Virus record (IMG/VR): IMGVR_UViG_3300032285_003899
Location: 18,127-82,126 of that record
DNA from: a virus
Taxonomy: Duplodnaviria; Caudoviricetes
Length of the DNA: 64,000 bases
Strand: one strand, 5' to 3'
Program-made: the position numbers and the translations under genes
Notes under the pieces: model-generated
What the model was told of the DNA's origin: nothing
Database searches by the model: none
The model's input: only the letters and a program-made list of their open reading frames with translations
Shown: positions 58,978 to 64,000 of the stretch, piece after piece
Layout of the letters: the number at the start of each line of letters is the position of its first letter
How positions within the stretch are numbered: the first letter of the stretch is position 1

Positions 58978-59369
58978 GATTTACCCCAGAAAATATTAGA
59001 CATCTTGAATCAAATCAAATCTTTTGCTATGGAGCCAACGAATTATTCAGGCATGGTGCGGGAGCCGCAAAATTAGCCTTGAAGTGGGGCGCGAAGCATG
59101 GTATGGCTGGCTTAGTAGGTCAAACCTACGGCATCCCCACAAAAGATCACAATATTTGCACTTTACCCCTTGACAAGATCCAAGTTCATGTTAATGATTT
59201 CCTTGCGACGGCGTTCTCTCACCCTGAGTATGAGTTTTTAGTAACCAAAATTGGAACAGGATTGGCTTCTATTCCTATTTCAGATATTGCTCCCTTATTT
59301 AAAACAGTTAAAACAACAGGAGTATTTGAAAACGTAATCTTACCAGAAGAGTTTTATAAATATATTTAA
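58974..59369 (+). CDS. macrodomain-like phage protein
   Basis: IFCYGAN...HGAGAAK.A...GQTYGIPTKD...FLVTKIGTGLA. Confidence 0.6.
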   Translation: MRFTPENIRHLESNQIFCYGANELFRHGAGAAKLALKWGAKHGMAGLVGQTYGIPTKDHNICTLPLDKIQVHVNDFLATAFSHPEYEFLVTKIGTGLASIPISDIAPLFKTVKTTGVFENVILPEEFYKYI

Positions 59370-59372
59370 TAT

Positions 59373-59642
59373 ATGAGTACACAAGTTATTGTTATTGGAA
59401 AACCTGAAAAAGGAAAAACCAAAACTGGTATTGAATTTCGGAGTTTTTTGAATACTAGTCTTAACATTGATAGGGGTGCATATAGTCCTTCTCATTATAA
59501 ATATATTGAGTTGATCTGCAAAGATTATGCGCTTGGGTTTGATCTTATGTTTGCTTATAATGATCCCAATGATCGTTCTTTTGGCGTGTTATACATTGGT
59601 CACTTTAATGATGGCGTAGTTAATGATGGCGTAGTAGAGTAA
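59373..59642 (+). CDS. hypothetical protein
   Basis: 89-aa ORF. Confidence 0.65.
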   Translation: MSTQVIVIGKPEKGKTKTGIEFRSFLNTSLNIDRGAYSPSHYKYIELICKDYALGFDLMFAYNDPNDRSFGVLYIGHFNDGVVNDGVVE

Positions 59643-59650
59643 ATAATCGT

Positions 59651-59941
59651 ATGAATAAATTGCGTAAAGCCCGATACCGTAATATCTTGAAAAAGGCGGC
59701 AAAAATTAATCGCCTTATCAAGAAAGGTTATCTTGTATTTGATCATTACGATGATAGATCAGACGGATTTAAATTTAATAATGGAATTCTTTATCAAGGT
59801 GATAATCAATGTAAAATTGTGTGGGTAGGAAAAGATGGCAGCGGTTGGGATTCTGCTCTTGACATTCCCATCAAAAAGTATAATGCTGATCGCTTCGATA
59901 AATGGACAGCAGTTCATCCTAAAGACATTAAAAAAATATGA
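59651..59941 (+). CDS. hypothetical protein
   Basis: 96-aa ORF. Confidence 0.65.
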   Translation: MNKLRKARYRNILKKAAKINRLIKKGYLVFDHYDDRSDGFKFNNGILYQGDNQCKIVWVGKDGSGWDSALDIPIKKYNADRFDKWTAVHPKDIKKI

Positions 59942-60147
59942 GATACAGACATACAGAAGACATAGTTTGGGGCGCAATATTTGTTGCTATTATTGGTTTA
60001 GTTATTTATTCTTGGATCTTTATTGGAACTAAGAATAATACCATAAAAGTAATAGATGGTTGCGAATATATACAGCAATATAACGGTCATGGCTGGAATT
60101 TAACCCATAAAGGCAACTGCACTAATTTAATACATTACAAAAAATGA
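59938..60147 (+). CDS. small membrane-anchored protein
   Basis: TM segment followed by IDGCEY...LTHKGNC. Confidence 0.7.
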   Translation: MRYRHTEDIVWGAIFVAIIGLVIYSWIFIGTKNNTIKVIDGCEYIQQYNGHGWNLTHKGNCTNLIHYKK

Positions 60148-60512
60148 GCCGCGAATTCATTTATAGAGTCTGGAGTATAAAGGAAAAAAAGTACATAATG
60201 ACTGGCTCTCTCTACGGCGTAGAGGGAATCACTCATTTAACGGGATGCTTCAATCGCGCCGAACATATTATTGAAGAATATACTGGTCTCAAAGATATTA
60301 ATCTAAACAAAATCTTTGAAGGAGATATTCTTGACTTTACTGCCAGATACAAACAAAAAGGCAATGTCCCTGTAATTTATTATGGCGCATCTTATGGGTG
60401 CATTATTACTGATGATAGTGATTTTAAAGAATTTTGGAATTTGAGTCATATCGTTCAGCAATATTATCCTAGAATAATAGGCTGTGTCCATGATAATGAT
60501 TTAAGCTATTAA
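60144..60512 (+). CDS. YopX-family protein
   Basis: YRVW...EYTGLKD....IFEGDIL. Confidence 0.85.
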   Translation: MSREFIYRVWSIKEKKYIMTGSLYGVEGITHLTGCFNRAEHIIEEYTGLKDINLNKIFEGDILDFTARYKQKGNVPVIYYGASYGCIITDDSDFKEFWNLSHIVQQYYPRIIGCVHDNDLSY

Positions 60513-60517
60513 ATATT

Positions 60518-61372
60518 ATGGACAATGATTTTATTCAAGAAGACTGGAAAAATATTATTGATCCAGTATTAAGAAAAAAAGCTCAAAAAAAAGCTTGGGA
60601 AAAAGCTAATAAAGAAAAAAGAAAAGCTTCAATAAAAAAATATGAACAAGCTAATAAGGAAAAAAGATTAGAATATTATAAAAAATATTACTATGCTAAT
60701 CTAGATAAAATAAAAGCTTATCGTGAAGCTAATAAAGAAAAAATAAAAAATCAAACAAAAAATTGGAGAGAAAAAAATTTAGAACATAAAAAAAATTTAG
60801 ATAGAAATTATTATAGGAACAATTTAGAAAAAGCAAAACTTTCTCGCAAATTATGGGCAGAAAAAAATGCAGAAAGAAAAAAAATAATGGATAAAAACTA
60901 TTATGAAAAAAATAAAGAAAAACATTATTTAGCTGGCAAAGCTTACCGAGAATTAAATAAAGAAAAAGTAAAGCTGTATCACAAAAATTATCGTGAAATA
61001 AATAAAAAAAGATTAAACGCTCATAGGAGCGTCTACGTTGAAGAACGCAGAAAAACCGATATACAGTTCAAATTAAGTCTTAATCTAAGATTTAGATTAA
61101 ATAGAGCTATACGAGGTAATTATAAAGCAGGTAGTGCGATAAGAGATTTAGGTTGTTCAATCGAAGAACTAAAAAAACATTTAGAATCTAAATTTCAAGA
61201 AGGTATGTCTTGGGACAATTGGAGTTATGAAGGCTGGCACATCGATCATATTAAGCCACTAGCCTCATTTGATTTAACTGACAGAAATCAGTTGCTTCAA
61301 GCTTGCCATTACACCAATCTTCAACCATTATGGGCAAAAGATAATATAGCCAAGAGCGATAAAATAATATGA
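60518..61372 (+). mobile_element. HNH homing-type endonuclease with Lys/Glu/Tyr helical repeats
   Basis: LGCSIEELKKHLESKF...WHIDHIKPLASFDL...CHYTNLQPLW. Confidence 0.85.
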
Positions 61373-61773
61373 GAGAATATAAATTTAGAGTATGGGATCT
61401 TGAAAAGAAATTTTATCTAAATCAAGATGACGAATTTCATTTTTATGAGCCTGATCGTGGCTGGCAATGTCCTATACCATTGTGCGAATGTTTAAGAGAT
61501 AAAAAAAGATATGTTGTTCAACAATGTACTGAAATTAGAGATAAAAAGAACTATCTTATTTTTGAGGGCGATATTGTAAATTACAAAACTTGGGAAGGCA
61601 GACACGATGGAATTACAGAAGAAAATCAAACTCAAGTTCAATTCAAAGACGGCGCATATTATCCAAGATACATCAATGATGAATGCGAAGATTCTTGGTA
61701 TTCTTTTAAGGTTTACGATTTAGAAGTGGTAGGTAATGTATTTGAAACTCCTCATTTAGATAAAAATGAATAA
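61369..61773 (+). CDS. YopX-family protein
   Basis: KFRVWD...QCTEIRDK...FEGDIV...VVGNVFE. Confidence 0.85.
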   Translation: MREYKFRVWDLEKKFYLNQDDEFHFYEPDRGWQCPIPLCECLRDKKRYVVQQCTEIRDKKNYLIFEGDIVNYKTWEGRHDGITEENQTQVQFKDGAYYPRYINDECEDSWYSFKVYDLEVVGNVFETPHLDKNE

Positions 61774-62227
61774 CCGATTAAAATTTAGAGTCTACGATCC
61801 AAGTCAAAAAAAGCTAGTATATTTTGATCTTCATAATATTACTGTCGCCGACAATCTATTATGCCAGCACGATCATCCAGTTCAGCAGTATACTGGAATA
61901 AAAGATAAATACAATCAACCCATTTACGAAGGCGACGTTATTCGTGGCATATTTGATTTTGGCCCCGCTGGCTTTAAAGAAGAAATACTTCCTGTAACTT
62001 GGCACAATGAAAGAGGTTATCAATGGGATTATTGGAGATTGATAACTATTGAAGTTCTTGGGAATGAACATGAGTGGCCTTGTCACAAACCTAAAGCTTT
62101 TGATCAAAATTCTGAGTGCCTGACTTGTGACGGTTGGCCTAGCGATTGTCCATTTCTTAAATTTTATGGAAAATTATCACTTTTAGATAAATTGTCTCCT
62201 GCCCATAAAGGTTGTAAATTAGAATAA
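61766..62227 (+). CDS. YopX-family protein
   Basis: KFRVYD...QYTGIKDK...IYEGDVI...VLGN. Confidence 0.85.
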   Translation: MNNRLKFRVYDPSQKKLVYFDLHNITVADNLLCQHDHPVQQYTGIKDKYNQPIYEGDVIRGIFDFGPAGFKEEILPVTWHNERGYQWDYWRLITIEVLGNEHEWPCHKPKAFDQNSECLTCDGWPSDCPFLKFYGKLSLLDKLSPAHKGCKLE

Positions 62228-62973
62228 TGACAAGCTTCCAAGAATTGTTTTCTATCGCTTAAATCAAATGAAGATAATGGTTTGATATGATCAATGTGCC
62301 ATCCTGTTTGACTATGATTTTCCCAAGTCATACCTTTTTGAAATTTAGATTCTAAATAGGCTTTTAACTCTTCAATTGAACAACCAAGATCTTTAACAGC
62401 ACTGCCAGCTTTATATTTTTTATTCAAAGCTGTTCTTAGTCTACATCTTAAAATATAAGCTAATCTAAATTGAGTGTCGGATTTTAATTTTTCTTTACGA
62501 TAAGACTGATTATAATCCAATATTTTTCTTTTGTTTCTTTCGTAATATTCATGCCTTTGCTTTTTTGTTTTATCTTTATTTAATTCATTGTAAACTCTAT
62601 GAGCAGCTTGTATTTTTTCTTTGTTAGCTTCGTAATGCTTTTTATAAGCGATTTTTTGTCTTTCTCTTATTAATTCTCTATTTTCTGAATAATATTTTTT
62701 ACGCTGTTCTTTTATTTTATTTTGAATTTCTTGGTTATTTTTGAGTTCTTCTCTACGTTTTTTTGCTTTATGTTTATTAGCTTCATCCCAAGCTTTATTT
62801 CTCATCTTTTTTCTCAACTTTGGATCTGTAATATTTCTCCAATCGTTTGGCGTTGAGCTTGTCTTTATGTCTTTCGTAATATCGCTTGTCTCTTGCTCGT
62901 TTTTGTTCTTGCAACTGCTCTGAAGTTCTGTTAAGTTTCTTTCGTCCCATAAAATTTGATTTTGATCTATCAT
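62164..62973 (-). mobile_element. HNH homing-type endonuclease, paralog of 60518-61372
   Basis: DWRNITDP.LRKK N-terminus; WHIDHIKPLSSFDL...CHYSNLQPLW; start moved to MIDQNQ. Confidence 0.85.
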
Positions 62974-63049
62974 AATTATAATATGTATTTGAATAAAATT
63001 ACACTTAAATATCGCGACTGAGAATAAAATAACGTAGAAAAATACTGAT

Positions 63050-63286
63050 ATGAAAATAAACATCATAAAAGACGAAAAGAATTTTAGATTTTTATATATT
63101 GAACTGTACCTTCCAAGCATAGGCAGGATCAATAAATTCAATGAATGGACCGATCAATACTTTTTTGGATTTAAAATGAGTTTTCCGACAGAAATTTATT
63201 ATTTAAATGACAAAGAAGGTTTTTGGCATTTTGCCTTGACTTTTCTGGGTTTTGGATTCAGACTTGTGAACCAACATGGATATTGA
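63050..63286 (+). CDS. hypothetical protein
   Basis: 78-aa ORF. Confidence 0.55.
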   Translation: MKINIIKDEKNFRFLYIELYLPSIGRINKFNEWTDQYFFGFKMSFPTEIYYLNDKEGFWHFALTFLGFGFRLVNQHGY

Positions 63287-63485
63287 AAAAGAATTAAAAC
63301 AAGCAAATAATCGTATCAAGCGGTTGGAGGATGTGCTTCATACAGCTTGGTATTTGATCGCCAATGTAAACTGGGACAAGTTAGATCCAGAGTTGAAAGA
63401 AATTTGTTATAGTTGGCGAGATAATGATTTACGTCCCGTGTTAAAAGAAATGGTGCAACGTAAAAATAAGGAAGCCAAGCCATGA
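63276..63485 (+). CDS. coiled-coil hypothetical protein
   Basis: NNRIKRLE. Confidence 0.6.
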   Translation: MDIEKELKQANNRIKRLEDVLHTAWYLIANVNWDKLDPELKEICYSWRDNDLRPVLKEMVQRKNKEAKP

Positions 63486-63652
63486 ACAAAAAACTTATTA
63501 ACAAACTCTTAGAATACATCGACGCTAGAATTGCTGAGAAATCATGCGATGCAAAAAATTCATCTGATGGAGGACTTGTTGAGGCAATGAATACATGGCG
63601 CATCAAAGAAGAATTGGATAAAATTATACAATCTATGGAGGATAAGCAATGA
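63482..63652 (+). CDS. 56-aa protein (absent from ORF track)
   Basis: coupled to both neighbours. Confidence 0.55.
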   Translation: MNKKLINKLLEYIDARIAEKSCDAKNSSDGGLVEAMNTWRIKEELDKIIQSMEDKQ

Positions 63653-64000
63653 TTTCTTGTAAACGCTGCTTTTCATACGCAATTAACCATCATTCTCATG
63701 GGAGAGATGGAACAGAAAAAGAATTATGCGATGTGTGTTATTGGAGACAACTCGCTGAAATACGCCTTGCGTATTTGCAATTACTTGAAAAAAATGTTGA
63801 TATATTAAAGCCCCGCATCAAGCAATTAGAGCAAGCATTAGAATCAATAACAAAACAAGTACCCGCTCATGATGGCGGCGGATTCTTCTGTCTACGATTT
63901 GATGGAGAAGGAAATGAAATTGGTGTTGAGTATATTGATCCGATGGCGATTGTGTCAAAAATATATAGTATTGCTATTGTAGCAATTGAAACCAAGGAGG
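63649..64000 (+). CDS. hypothetical protein, 3'-truncated
   Basis: open to the window end; CKRC/CDVC plus PRIKQLE. Confidence 0.6.
   Translation, partial: MISCKRCFSYAINHHSHGRDGTEKELCDVCYWRQLAEIRLAYLQLLEKNVDILKPRIKQLEQALESITKQVPAHDGGGFFCLRFDGEGNEIGVEYIDPMAIVSKIYSIAIVAIETKE

Noticed and set aside
59170-59200. Internal promoter inside the macrodomain-like gene
   Set aside because: CCCCTTGACA is present but no proper TAnnnT lies at 16-17 nt.

Overview
Segment of a large, AT-rich tailed-phage genome in the standard genetic code, with almost all genes on the + strand. The host is inferred to be a Gram-negative aquatic bacterium, possibly Verrucomicrobiota. Layout: (1) 0.9-13 kb, replication/recombination block (RecA, DnaB, primase, AddB-like nuclease, a DnaE split into PHP and catalytic genes around a DEDDh exonuclease, a ClpA/C ATPase). 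(2) 13-20 kb, tubulin/FtsZ-family GTPase, SSB-like protein, glycosyltransferases, Rad52-like protein, dUTPase. (3) 21-27.5 kb, envelope/signalling block: a five-gene operon (u-spanin-like lipoprotein, mini-MscS, OM beta-barrel, membrane class III adenylate cyclase, HD phosphohydrolase) plus a second OM barrel. (4) 27.5-49 kb, accessory genes (dCMP deaminase, UV endonuclease, rIIA/rIIB, C5-MTase, pilin-like protein, ThyX, RuvB). (5) 49.4-52.8 kb, tRNA array with a group I intron in tRNA-Leu(UAA), atypical tRNAs and several unannotated structured RNAs. (6) 53-64 kb, small hypothetical genes, YopX paralogs and homing-type endonucleases. 13 tRNA genes in total. Two promoter classes are visible (TTGACA-N16/17-TAnnnT and a -35-less GTGTAA-N8-ATG), both giving near-leaderless mRNAs. 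The strongest novelty candidates are the phage-encoded cAMP sensor-cyclase/phosphodiesterase operon and the non-tRNA structured RNAs occupying tRNA-like slots in the array. All family calls come from motif recognition by eye; no searches were run.
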